A stretch of DNA of 58,308 nt, filler included, from Dirinaria sp. TL-2023a (taxonomy: Eukaryota), in assembly GCA_051941275.1 (NCBI GenBank). It is 4 parts of 4 records of this genome, joined end to end, with 100 filler letters (N's around TTAATTAATTAA, not from the genome) between each part and the next. Parts side by side here need not be neighbours in the genome. Positions count along the whole stretch, not along the records: positions 14,641 to 29,131 come from JAVEBF010000601.1; positions 29,232 to 43,720 come from JAVEBF010000602.1; 2 more parts are not named here. The stretch is one strand, 5' to 3'. The translations under genes were made by a program, and so were the position numbers. Of this stretch, positions 26,118 through 37,387 are shown piece by piece (position 1 is the first letter of the stretch; the number at the start of each line of letters is the position of its first letter). The notes under the pieces are model-generated. The model saw only the letters and a list, made by a program, of their open reading frames with translations. It made no database searches and was not told where the DNA came from.

Positions 26118-28291
26118 CTACCGCACTTCGATCTTGTCCACCTCGTCTTTGGCCTCTCGCCATGTGTCCAGGTTTTTTCTGGCCCAGTCCATGTGGCATT
26201 TCGCATACGCAATCTACACCTCCAGTTACTGAACCACTCATCATGGCTTCGGATTGTCAGAGCCTTACCATGTACCGCTTGAGGTCCTCTTCTTTCTCAA
26301 GCTGGAAGCGCTTCAAATCTCTCAATACTCCGGCGCTGGCATCTTTGACGTCCTGCTCCGACACTTCCAGCGCTTGTTCAAGCTGTTCCCCAGTTAACGG
26401 CTCGGTAGAGGGTTCGAGGACGGGTTCCTTACGTGTACCAAGCTCTCCCTCGTCTTCCCTATCTGATCACGCCTCGTCCGTTCTGGATCCACGTCAACGA
26501 TGCCATGAACCGCATGGCTAATCCGGCCGAAGAATTTAAAGCCTCCGCTTTGGCTCTTACGGTGGCTAGCCGACGGTGACGACGGATCTTGGTCGCCTGT
26601 TCCCTGCGAAGCTGACGGTGGCTCATTGCCGTGAGTCGGCGGAAAATCAGAGTCGATGGAAGCGGTTTCTGCGTTGCTCCCTTCGCGTCTAGGGGTGCCA
26701 GGCGTATTGGATTTGAAGCTTTTTGTAGATGCTGATGATGTAGAGCGCTTGGGTGGAGCGCTTGGGGAGCCGGTGCTGGTGAGGTACTGGTCAATCCTTT
26801 TGGCTTCTTGCTCGCTCCGTTCGAGAGAGTCAAGGAGCGCCTTTTTATTGGCCAACTCGTCCCTCGTGAGCTCTTGCTGGACTCGCTTCATGATCCTGTA
26901 ACGGAGTACACCGCGAACAATACCGGCAAATTGAGCGCTTTCCCGCATTGGCTCTGCAAAATTAGCGCCAAGGGTCGACGAAAGTTCTTCCGTTGCAATG
27001 TAAGACGAATCTACTGCCTGACCTATGCGCTCAATGGCAGCAGCTACTGTTGGCGATTGCTCGGATAGGGAAAAGCCGTTATACCTGGCACCGAGATCTG
27101 CCATGTCTGCGGACAGGGCCGAGAGGTGGGTTAATGTGCGTCGGTTAACTTTCTCAATATTACCTTGTAGCAGCAGCTCTAGTTCTCTAGTAGAGGACTC
27201 AAAGTTGACAAAGTAAGGGTCGAGATCTTGCTCCGATAGGTTCTGAGAGGCAGGTGGAAAGCGACCAAAGATTTGGGGACCAGGTATGGTATGGGCCGCA
27301 GAGGAAGCCATGACAGCACTACCTGGTGGCGACGATGGTGTGCCGGAGGATGATGTTCGTGACTGTGATTTGAGCTTCGCCGATGACGACGGGACGGGAA
27401 GCCATTGGTGTGCGGGAGTCGGATTGGAGGGGTTTAGGGGGGGAGCTTTCATGTTACTTTTGGGTATTGCAGCCACGGGATGAGAATGCAGCACCTCATT
27501 CTGCAAAGGTTTAGTCATATTTAATCCCCAATAGCTAGCTGGTCGCGCAATCCATCGGCACTCACCCAGCTTGCGTTCGGGTCCAGGAACCTCCACCAGA
27601 CGCCGTCCTCTCGAACATCTTTCATCTTCCGACAGCGGTTCAGGAACACAGTCAGCATCCGCCTCCGTAGATCTATAATGCCGGTGTCTTCTTTGGCCTT
27701 CGTTGGCTTGGCTGCATAGTCTGCCATTGTGTGCTTCTCGGGAATTGGGGGGATAATCAAGGTAGGGTGTAGGTTAACGAGGGTGGCACGCAAAGAGCTG
27801 AATTCAGAATATCGTCTTCGAACCTCGAGGTCCTAGAGGCTCTGAGCATGAAGTTTCATTCCCTTAGGGCTTATAGGGTAGCATACGCCTGTACGAATGG
27901 TGTAGACAATGTAGCTGCCTCCGCTTTCAAGGCTCTTGCCCGCGTCTGTGATGACAATTTGCAGGTCGGGGTTCTCATAAAGAATCTGCTCTACACGGCT
28001 GTCATAGCCCCCCTTTTTCCTTGGTGTCGCTCCGCTTCTCTGCGGGTAATAATCATCATCATCATCGTCACTTATATCTCGAGGTCGTGAGACGAATTCG
28101 GGGGGCTCATTGGAGGGGGAGGAAGTTCCGGAAGGTGGAGTGTTCGGGTGCTCAAAAGACGTCTCTGCAGATGGTCAGAACTTCTGTCAGTATCTATGGG
28201 CATTACTCTTAAGCTTACGAGTGTGGGGATTATCGGAGGAGTCGCGGCGGTCAAAGGACCCATACGGGTTGTTGTCCTCGTCATTCCACAT
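26118..28291 (-). CDS. SNX41: Sorting nexin-41 / Atg20 (PX-BAR), multi-exon
   Basis: Starts MWNDEDNNPYG; PX motifs RRRYSEF and LIIPPIPEKH; BAR region DLGARYNGFSLSE; ends WREAKDEVDKIEVR. Confidence 0.92.
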
Positions 28292-28912
28292 CTTGTGAGA
28301 CCTTCTCTAGGTCTTGGTCCTTGGTTTCATTCGTTTCTATTTGAACAATGCATCTCGGGGGCTCTTTGACAGAGCACCAGTTCGAATCTAACGCACAGGT
28401 TGGTCTTGGTATAGATATTCATTGAGCTGTGTTCTGACGTCTTTGCTGGACATACAGAGTAGGCACAGGGCTGAGTTTAGAAACCACGCTAGAGTACTGA
28501 GTAAGGTATCATAACATACATTACCTTACTTATCTCACCCCTTGACCGGCTTTCGCTCAAGTCTTCCATTTGCCTACCTTACCATCTCCGTTTGAACAGC
28601 CATTCCTGCACTCAGAATGTACCATTAGTGAACCTTAGTTCGTCTCTGGCTACTGATATCAATTCACTTTTAAATATAGTTGCGGTCGAGATCATGCTTA
28701 TGCCCAAGGGCAATCGCTCACAGCCGGGAGATACACATCTAAAGTACCTTAATAAAGACTCTCACGGTGTCTAACAGTGGCAGCACCGGATTCTTTTGAT
28801 GATAAATAAGCCTTTGCACGCTGCAACCGTGTATTCGAAAGAGTGGCAAAAAAAAAAAAAAAAAGGCTCGAAGCTCTGTACAGTCGGACGTGAATAACAT
28901 ACCCCCGAAAGC

Positions 28913-29087
28913 TAAGAGAACCGAGCATGGGTCATGCATAGAGGGGAGAAAAGTAAACAAAAATTTCGAAGTCCCGCACACACAGATCGTTATATCTGCT
29001 GTCTAACCCTGAATTTTCCTAGGGTTTAGGGACTTGGTCACCATGAAAAATTTTCCCTCTATGCATGACCCATGCTCGATTCTCTTA
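28913..29087. mobile_element. MITE with terminal inverted repeats and TA ends (Tc1/mariner-type non-autonomous element)
   Basis: 28913-28945 TAAGAGAACCGAGCATGGGTCATGCATAGAGGG matches the reverse complement of 29055-29087 at 32 of 33 nt. No internal ORF. Confidence 0.8.
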
Positions 29088-29131
29088 CATGTACTACTAG
29101 TGGGCCAATTGATGCTTGATAATCCATACGG

Positions 29132-29231
29132 NNNNNNNNNNNNNNNNNNNNNNNNNNNNNNNNNNNNNNNNNNNNTTAATTAATTAANNNNNNNNNNNNN
29201 NNNNNNNNNNNNNNNNNNNNNNNNNNNNNNN
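29132..29231. other. Artificial contig linker
   Basis: N-run/TTAATTAATTAA/N-run, 100 nt. Confidence 0.98.
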
Positions 29232-29561
29232 GACAGGCCCACAGCGTATCCTGCTCCAGCATGAGATTATGCTGATGTAAAATCGCTCTGAACAATAAAA
29301 CCCCTTTCGGGGGGTAAATGTCTGAGGTAGCCAAGTTAGCCTGCCTGTTGTAGTACTTTGAGCACCTGAGCATGGATTCATTCATTGCGGTCGAATTGAA
29401 GCTTGATGGTGCTGGAGCTCAGGGATAAGTGTCTTTCTTAATATATTTGTTCGATGTTCGTGGAGGTTATGTCGGTACATGTGGAACGGTGCAGGAGCCT
29501 TTAAAGAATCCATGGTGTTGCTGCAGTTTGTATCTGTCGCTAGCCATATCAACACAGATAA

Positions 29562-29873
29562 CTATTTTGAACAAGCTTGGTTCCGAGATATCATCGGTTC
29601 CTTGCTGTCTTTGCCGATATCTTTCATCTTAGGTACTGGAATCTTTTGATAATAATCTCCTGGATCATAGCTTCGTGTTGGAAGCACTCCCGCAGCTGGG
29701 GAATAAGTCACGGCGGGCTGTCCAGTCTGGTTATTGATGGGTCGCTCATCGAGAGAACGCTTCGCAATGGATGGAGATGGCGTCGATGAAGCTGTGGCAT
29801 TTTTTGTGTATGACAAAAGGGTGCTCAAGCGAAAAGCTGACGAGACATCGATGGTGACATTTAGCGTGTGCAT
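29562..29873 (-). pseudogene. Possible gene fragment cut off at its 5' side by the dispersed repeat
   Basis: The 103-aa ORF looks like a secreted-protein linker (N-glycosylation sites, AKRS) but has no signal peptide or recognisable domain. Confidence 0.25.
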
Positions 29874-29906
29874 CTGTGTTGCGAAATCTTGATATCTCGA
29901 AACTGT

Positions 29907-30124
29907 TTCTTCTCAATTCGATGCTTCAGAATTGAAATTGCAAACGTTATCTTTTTCTAACGTCTTTCTAACACTTAACGATTTGTCGATTTGACAGTGG
30001 CACTTTCATGGCGAATTGGTTCATCGTCATTTCGTGAAAACGTTATTTCGCTGAAATCCTGTTCTTTCGCTAGCGCTGGAGAGGAGCGACTACATTGAAT
30101 TCTGAGATAGTAAAAAGATCGAGG
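29907..30124 (-). repeat. Dispersed repeat, copy B (homologous to 4578-4792)
   Basis: The reverse complement aligns colinearly with 4578-4792. Confidence 0.85.
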
Positions 30125-30462
30125 AGATTTGACCATACTCGCTGCTTACCCAGCCACCTGGCGACTCGCTCGCCCAACTTGACGCAACAAATCCTCAAAC
30201 GGAAACGAATCGGCTTGATCACGGGCCAACTATATGCATATAGGTACTTGGCATTTTGCATGCCCTTCATTTGCATGTGCCCGGAGGCTACTAGTGCGGT
30301 GAAGCGGAGTCAGGCTCTGAGGATCTAGCTCTAGACAAGTATGTGCAGCTTCTTCGGTATGAAGCTTCGAGGTCGCTAGATCAATCACAACCCATTATGT
30401 ATGATTGATTCCTATTTTTGAGGCTCCTGTATTGCAACCGGAGTAATATATCCAATTACGAC

Positions 30463-32254
30463 CTACCTGGAAGGCGGAGCGGCTGCCCACACCGTCTTTA
30501 ACCGAGCCACGATCTTCAGCATATGTTCTTCTGAGCCCCACCTCATCACGTTGTCAATGGCTTCAAGAAACCCCAGTACCTCACAGCCAACTGCCATGTT
30601 GCAACTCTTCCAAATCTGGTTGTTGTATATGCGATGGCCGTCTTCTTCTGTCGTATAATGCGCCCAGAGCTCGTGAATGGGTCCTTGTGTGCAGACGCTA
30701 AACACGATATGCTGTCCCTTGGAATTGCTGCTTGGCTGAGCTCTCTGAGCAAGATCATCAAGACGATGCAAGATCTCAAGAGCGCAGGCCCCAGAGACGG
30801 CGGCTTGATTCTGTGCCTCGTATATAGTCTTGCCGGTTGCGTATGATTTGCCCTCGACCGGCATAAAGGGGAATCGCATTTGCACCTCTTGCTTAGTGGA
30901 ACCCAAACGAAGCAGCGCGGCCTTGAGAAATCTCTTGGCACCGGTCCTCGTAAGGTCTCGCGATCGGAGTGCATCGACTACAGCATCATTACTAAGACCT
31001 ATCGAGATATCTGGCCGAGGCGTCTTGACATCCCATTGAGGGACTGGCGGCGGTCCCATTAGTTCAAGACCTGAACCCTATCGCGAAATTAGCGATAGTC
31101 AAGATCAAAATTGAAGAACGTACCTTGTCCTGCATGTTTATATCACCCGTGGCGGCAGCTCCCGAGGTATCTGGAGAGGGGTACGGCCCCTCTCCATGTT
31201 GCCGCTTGCTTGGCGGGTTGAGGGAGTCTTCAGCTTCATCCTGTATGGGACTAAGGAAATCAAGGTTCCACGGAGGGGCAATGCGCGGCTTGAAGCTTGG
31301 TTCCCAATCTATCAATGAAGTGAGGATGCGATGTGGTTGCTGGAACTAATTATTGAGGCACATACCTATTTTTCTTGGAAGCAGGAGACGGTCGCGGTAG
31401 CCCAAAGCAGAAAGTGCCTGATGAAATAACTCAACGCAATCATCTTCCCTCGATGGTCCGCTAAGAACAGGAGCAAAGTTGCTATGTAATGTATGCGCAA
31501 TGGGCGATAGCTGTTCCTTCCTCTCTTTTGAAATAGGGCGTTGAACGATGGCGGCAATTCGGGTACAGACATCCTCTGGGGCAGGCAGAAATCGGAAAAT
31601 TATATTCGCGTCCGCAAGAATAGAGAGGCGATAGTGAGCAGCAGTATAGGAAGACTTCTGAGTGGCCTGCGATGTGGTCTCCTGGTCTCCCGTAGTTGTT
31701 GATGCAGTTGAACCCTTCTCAATCACAACTCGAGATGCCGATCTTTTGCTCCCTCTGCTCCCTCTGCTCCCTCTGCTCCCTCTGCTCCCTCTACGCCCTC
31801 TGCTCCCACGAAAATTGTCGGATTCTGAACTCATCAGTTCAAATATGTCCACGTATCCTTCGCGCAGCGTATGCCTCTCCAAGCGTTTGGCGGTTAAGGG
31901 CTGCGATATTCCAGATACAGCCGACACGCTGTTTCTGGCTCGTTTTGCGGGGCGCGCCTCCTCAGAGGAGAGCTGTGGTTCCTCTTCACAAATATGGAGT
32001 CGTTTCCGTTGGCGAGAGCCAGCCTGTTCTTCGCACCCGCCGGAGGGAGTTTTAGGGAGACCGAGGGAAGCCGGAGTGTCAGGAAATTTGCCTCGCAGTC
32101 TTGCACTCGCTCGACGTGGCTTTTCGGACTTCTGCACGCGCTGAGAAGATTTTTGCCTGGGACGTCTGGCTGGAGAAATGGCTGGGGGGAGGGTGCTGTT
32201 TGCGTGCGAGTCTTTGGTCTTGGTTGAGGGCTCCGTTTTGCGCCTAGAGGTCAT
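30463..32254 (-). CDS. Protein with a disordered basic N-terminus and a C-terminal PD-(D/E)xK nuclease-like domain, 3 exons
   Basis: Two canonical introns (about 31309-31365 and 31078-31123) join three ORFs. Motifs TPRPDISIG...FPFMPVEGKS...EAQNQAAVSG...HELWAHY. Confidence 0.75.
31749..31805 (+). repeat. 9-bp coding minisatellite (CTCCCTCTG)n encoding an SRG repeat on the minus strand
   Basis: About 6 tandem units, translating as RGSRGRRGSRGSRGSRGSRGSKRS. Confidence 0.9.
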
Positions 32255-34909
32255 GCTGGCTGAAAGCAAAAGGCCAAAAGGGAAGATTGACAGAGGAAGA
32301 GGATGGGAAGTTATATGATATTGAGGTAACAGGGACTTGCATTATTACATGAGAAAACACAGAAGTGGGGGAAAACACCAGCTGATTAAGCGAGAGGCCT
32401 TTGCCCGCCTTAGGCTTGGCTTAAGTTGGCGTGTGCATGTGTGTTGCGAAATCTTGGCATCTCGAGATTCTTCACTCCCATACATGCGCAGTCACTGCAT
32501 CTGCTGCGTTGTGATTGCCGAGCAGTGTATGCGTTGCACAACGTCACTGGCATCCATTGGCCAGAAACTGACATCAACTATCGATTGTACGACGGAAGAG
32601 CGCTTCCACGTTCTCACAGTTCGTCAAATCATGCTCACACTTCTTTTCCACATCTTGATTACATTCTAGAAACTCTCGGCCTCTTGACACCCTTTAGATC
32701 CTTTTCTTAGTGTTTAAGTCTAGGATGGGATATTTCCGCGTGTGCTCTTTGAAGAGTCCAAGCTTTTCTAAGACATGGGCTTTCATAAGACGCTTCACAT
32801 CCAAGCTTAAAAAGTTCTGAGATGCTCAACTTCCCCGACGGCACGTTTCGAGATTCGGGCTATTCTAATACAAATTTTACTTCACGTGGATAAGCACAGA
32901 GATTGATTGCATCACCATTAGTCAGAAGCCTTGACTCATTGGTATGCTGTAATACTCGCCAAGTGAGTGTGATCAATCACCTGTGAATAGGCCGAACCGC
33001 TAGCACCTCGGTCTAAGAGTGATCAGTATTCGGCAATGGCCAAATAACAAAAGAGTATGAGCAGCGGTGTACAGAAATTGTAAACTTGAGCAAAAACAAA
33101 CGAGAGAAGCATCCTGCGGTCTCAGGAACGGCTGTTTGAGGCAGGTATCTCAAAAGTTTTCCTAAGACGAGAGCAGGCAGACATTACTGACGAATATGAT
33201 GGTGTAGATTCATTAGTAGAAGGCCAGAGGAACGCAGAAGTGATAAAGGTGACGTTGCTAGGAAATTGAACGTGACTCAAGAGCCAGAAACAGTGACAGC
33301 GAGCAGCAAGCTCTACAGGTGACAGCGGAGACGGACTTGCAATGGAGCGGTCTCCATGTGGAGACAGGGAGACATTTTCATACTGGACGAACGCTTGGGT
33401 AGCAATCGAGCTCCGATCGAGGGGGGATCCAACGCCCCAGCTATTGGCGTCAGTGCTGCAAGTTCTGGGGTAAATTATGCTAGAATCAAGTTGGTTTGTT
33501 TGTGAGGAAGCTCATGGGAGCAATTCGCTGCTCTATGGATAAGGGCTAGATCAGGGTTCAAAGCCAGCTCGAAGATGGAGAGATCCTCAGGAGTCGGGAT
33601 AGAACTAGAGCCGTGCCAAGAGCCGGGATCCCTCGGATGCAGGGTCTGGCTCTCGGGCCGAACTACAGTTTTAGCGTTCGGCCCTCGAGCTCTTTCGTGC
33701 TTAAACGAAGGGTGGATTGTAGTGTGGTTTGAGCCTTTGAGATTTCCCCCGCGTCCAAGAAGCTTGTTTCCCCCATTATGAGTATTGATTTCTTTTGCGA
33801 GATCAGCTGTTGTCCTTCCTTCTGATCAGTACGTAGTCCGTGGCTTGATAGCATTGTTAGTTGTTCTCGCAGGCGACATATAGCTGGTTGCGCTAATGGA
33901 AATGATGGCGCTGGCCAGAACCCCATCGGTATAACGTTCGAGCTCCGGACGGAGGAATTATCAATTTATCGCGATTTCTAAGGTACCCCAATTTTTTGAT
34001 GTTGTTAGTGCGTGCATTAGCGGATACCCTGGAACACTTAACACTACAACTTTTAGCCAACATAATACGCCTTGGGTATTTTGGGGCTAGGTACAGAGCA
34101 GATGCACTAAAATCAATCGCTACCAGCTCCGTCTACGAAGCCCATGATGTCCGGCCGGGGTACTCCGCGCCTTTCGAATAATTAGCCTTATTCGAACCAT
34201 CATTTGGTGATAGTGCACTACTGGGGCCGCGTCGTTCCGAACAAGTCTTTCGTTGAGAGAGCCCCAAGGCTAGAACGATTGGCCAAGGTAGAGTGAGGTG
34301 CGAAAATCGCGGCCGTACTACGAAGGAGTCGGGCAGGTCGTGTAGAGCAATATCAATATTTCCGACTTGAGGGTGGCGTCATGGAAGACGTCAGTGGAGT
34401 AGCGGAGCCTCAAGCTTACCTTAGGACGCGATCGTGTGGAAGGCTTTTCCAAGGCACCGAAAATATACCAGTCGACGGTTTATACTAAGCCCCGTCCCAT
34501 TCAATAGTGGAATGGTAGCACATCAATCCCATCCCCGCTCTTACTGGGGTAATACAACAGCACGGCTTTAACCGATATGCAGGTACGGGACATTTCGCTA
34601 CACACACAAATGGCTGAAAAGTTTATCTCAAGCATTGGGAAACAGTCGCCATGTACCCATTGATAATTTCAAGACTGGGAGCGGAGATTTTTGAAAGTCT
34701 GGTGGCAAGTCTTAGGCAAGCTTTGCGAACCAAACTTTCCGCCAATGAATTTACTTCTTGCTACGGTGCGTACTATCTACATGGATCTCGTTCGGCTGCC
34801 ATTTACAGCCCGTGCTGCCACCGCTCGAAACCATTTGGGAAACTTGTCACAAGAGCGGTCGAGGAACAAGCTGACCTTTGATAGCCTCCGAATTTGTGCA
34901 TATTGGCAC

Positions 34910-36138
34910 CTAATCGTGATGTACGTGCTTGACGAAGGAAGCATTGACCTTCAGGCTCAACAAATCGGGCCGGGTGTGATGTCCCACGGTGTCCAGGAAA
35001 TGTTTCGCGGTTCCAATATCGCCCAGATCGACGTCTGCGTATAGAATACCTTCCTCAGCGGGTCCTAGGGCTTTGGCTAGCGGTGTTCCGTCCGGACCAT
35101 AGATTTGCGAATAACCTCCCCCGGGCTACCATATTTGTCAGTAAAAGTTCACGACGTGAATGCAGAGGGATGCATAGCAATGAGTGGAACAGCTTTCTAA
35201 GGTGATACATGACTTACAATCTTCGCATACGGAGCATTGGCGTATCCTGCTTTCTCACGGTTTGCTTCGCTGACGATCGAGGTTGCCAAAAGAACGAAAG
35301 TTGCACCTTCGATAGCCATCATTTGACAGGCGGTTTGTGAGCCTTCCGCGGTCATGCTGTAGAGCCAAGAAGAGTCCTTTGGCTTTTCGAACGCCGGCGG
35401 GAAACTTGCGACATGGACCTCAACACCTTGAGTATACTCGTAGTAGCGAAGGAGCGGCTTCATGTGCTCCCAGCTGTGAGTGAAAGCTGTTAGAAGTGTC
35501 TATCGTTAGGAGGTGGAACTTACCATATCAGACCACCGACTTTGCAGGTGTCGGTTTTGACTACATTCAGAAGTGACTCTGAGTGGCCCTCTCCAAAGGT
35601 AGATCGTTCAACATGGGTCGGCTTGATCTTGCGGCGATGACCGACGATCTCACCATTGGGATCGATGAAAGACTAGAGTACGTCAGATTTGGAAACCCAT
35701 TTATATGCCCTACCGGCCAAGATGGGTCTTAACGAACCTGCGCCTGATAGAGGCTGTGTCCCTCTCGTTCGCTGTATCCCAGTACGACCGTCATGTGGGC
35801 CTCTTTAGCAGCATGCTTAATTCTGTCCATCTCGGGAGACTCTCTGGCCAAAGAGTTGGTCAAGAACTCGACATTGTGAGTGATGTTATTCAAAGGCGCT
35901 TCGGTCCAAATTTTCCTTTGTAGGCAACCACAGCATCAGCCAAGATGATTTTTGCTGCGCAACATTCCCATCAGACCTACCAAGGGTAACCAGGCACGAA
36001 GAGCTGGGGGAATCCCAGTACATTCGTTCCATTTTTGGCTGCCTCTTGAATGAGTGCCACGACTTTGTCGACGGATCCTTGCAGGTCAAGCCAAACGGGC
36101 TCAGCCTGGACTGCAGCGACTTTGATGTTCCGGCCCAT
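34910..36138 (-). CDS. Nitrilase (aliphatic/arylacetonitrilase-like, CN hydrolase), 5 exons
   Basis: [22 protein letters not shown] (catalytic E), [12 protein letters not shown] (K), GLICWEH across an intron (C), and GHHTRPDLL. Confidence 0.93.
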
Positions 36139-37387
36139 GGTTGGTATGATTCAAGAATGTAAAGAAGGTCAAGATTGAGCGTAAGATATCAAACCGGTGC
36201 TGACCTGAAGATGTTCTGTCCTGGCACCATCCAGCTTCAATACGTCTTCTTATACCTCAATCTCTTACTCATCGGACATGGCCGAGCCATTAGACACCAA
36301 GCCTTTGAGAGAAGTACTCCGAAAGTTTAAGAAAGAGTATACGGAATGATTCGTTAACAAGTTAGTCGGACTAGTCTTCACTCTTCTTATAAACCATTAA
36401 GCGCCCCATTTTTCACCGAAGGGGTCCGATACACTCAGAGCGAGCATCTCTGGATCAGGAAGACAATGACGTCTTGATCACACTTCTTGATACTTCTTTT
36501 TCCTGCTACTATACGTAAAAGTATGTAAAAGTAAAACGGAGTTTCGAGAGATCGTGTGTACGAAAAGTCAATTGGACCGCTTTGATGCGATCACCTATGG
36601 TTCGGGCGCAGAAGCTCGCTCAAAAAGAGAGCGACCAATGGGTAAGCAAAGCGGACTCGCCCGCAATGGTTGATCTCTATAGCAGGTCAGAGGCAAATGG
36701 TCAGTAGCAGGCTTCTGGCTGATAGCTTCTGTAGTATTTCTACTATACGGAACGGCTTGATTGATATCTCCGTAAGCGACCTCTGCTTAATCCAACAGTT
36801 TTTGTCACAGCGCTTGATTGCGGCTAGACGAGCAACAATGACAGCTGCAATGTAATGCTCGAATGACGGTAGGTGCATGAGTTTAAGCGAAGCATTGAAT
36901 TGGCCAAGGATGGACCTTTTCCGAGACTACTTTTACACCTGCATATGCATTGTTATCAAGCACGAGAACGTGCCAACCCCGCCCGCGCGATTTTATTCCG
37001 TGGACGGATATTGTAGATGGGATCTATCCTAAGTCAGTCTAGAAAATAAAAGGATCCTTCAGCTGCATCATCTTCGGGTGGCGGTCCGGAGGTTTCTGAT
37101 AGTCCACGAATATGTCATCTCCATATCAGGCTCGGGTCACCTCTGTGTCGGCGTTATGTGAACTCCTGCTAACACATTGCTCGTGGCTGTGGTTGTCTAT
37201 AAGGATGTCTAATTCTAGCTTAACAGTACCGGCTAGTATTTATATTTCAATTGGAGTTTGTTGGACAGGCACGTAGTCTTGCTTCAGCATTCATTTTCCC
37301 TTTCGACACCACCTACTAAGGCTCTTTTCACCTAGGCGTGGATTGAGGTCTTGTCAATTATATCGTTTTTCTAAAGCCGTTAGAAGA

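Noticed and set aside
28370..28400. GTTCGAATC T-loop-like word suggesting a tRNA
   Set aside because: No acceptor, D or anticodon stems could be folded around it.
29004..29031. Telomere repeat
   Set aside because: Only one or two imperfect units inside a MITE; not an array.
4578..30124. Inverted repeat pair as termini of one giant element (Starship-like)
   Set aside because: The copies are on different unlinked contigs, core genes lie between them, and no tyrosine recombinase or transposase is seen.
32900..34800. Broken protein-like frames and small hairpins (e.g. GTCTCCA-TG-TGGAGAC near 33350)
   Set aside because: No consistent frame, family motif or element termini could be established.
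35474..35523. Nitrilase intron with several branch/acceptor-like words (possible nested intron)
   Set aside because: Too short for an internal intron; the distal CAG alone restores the catalytic CWEH.
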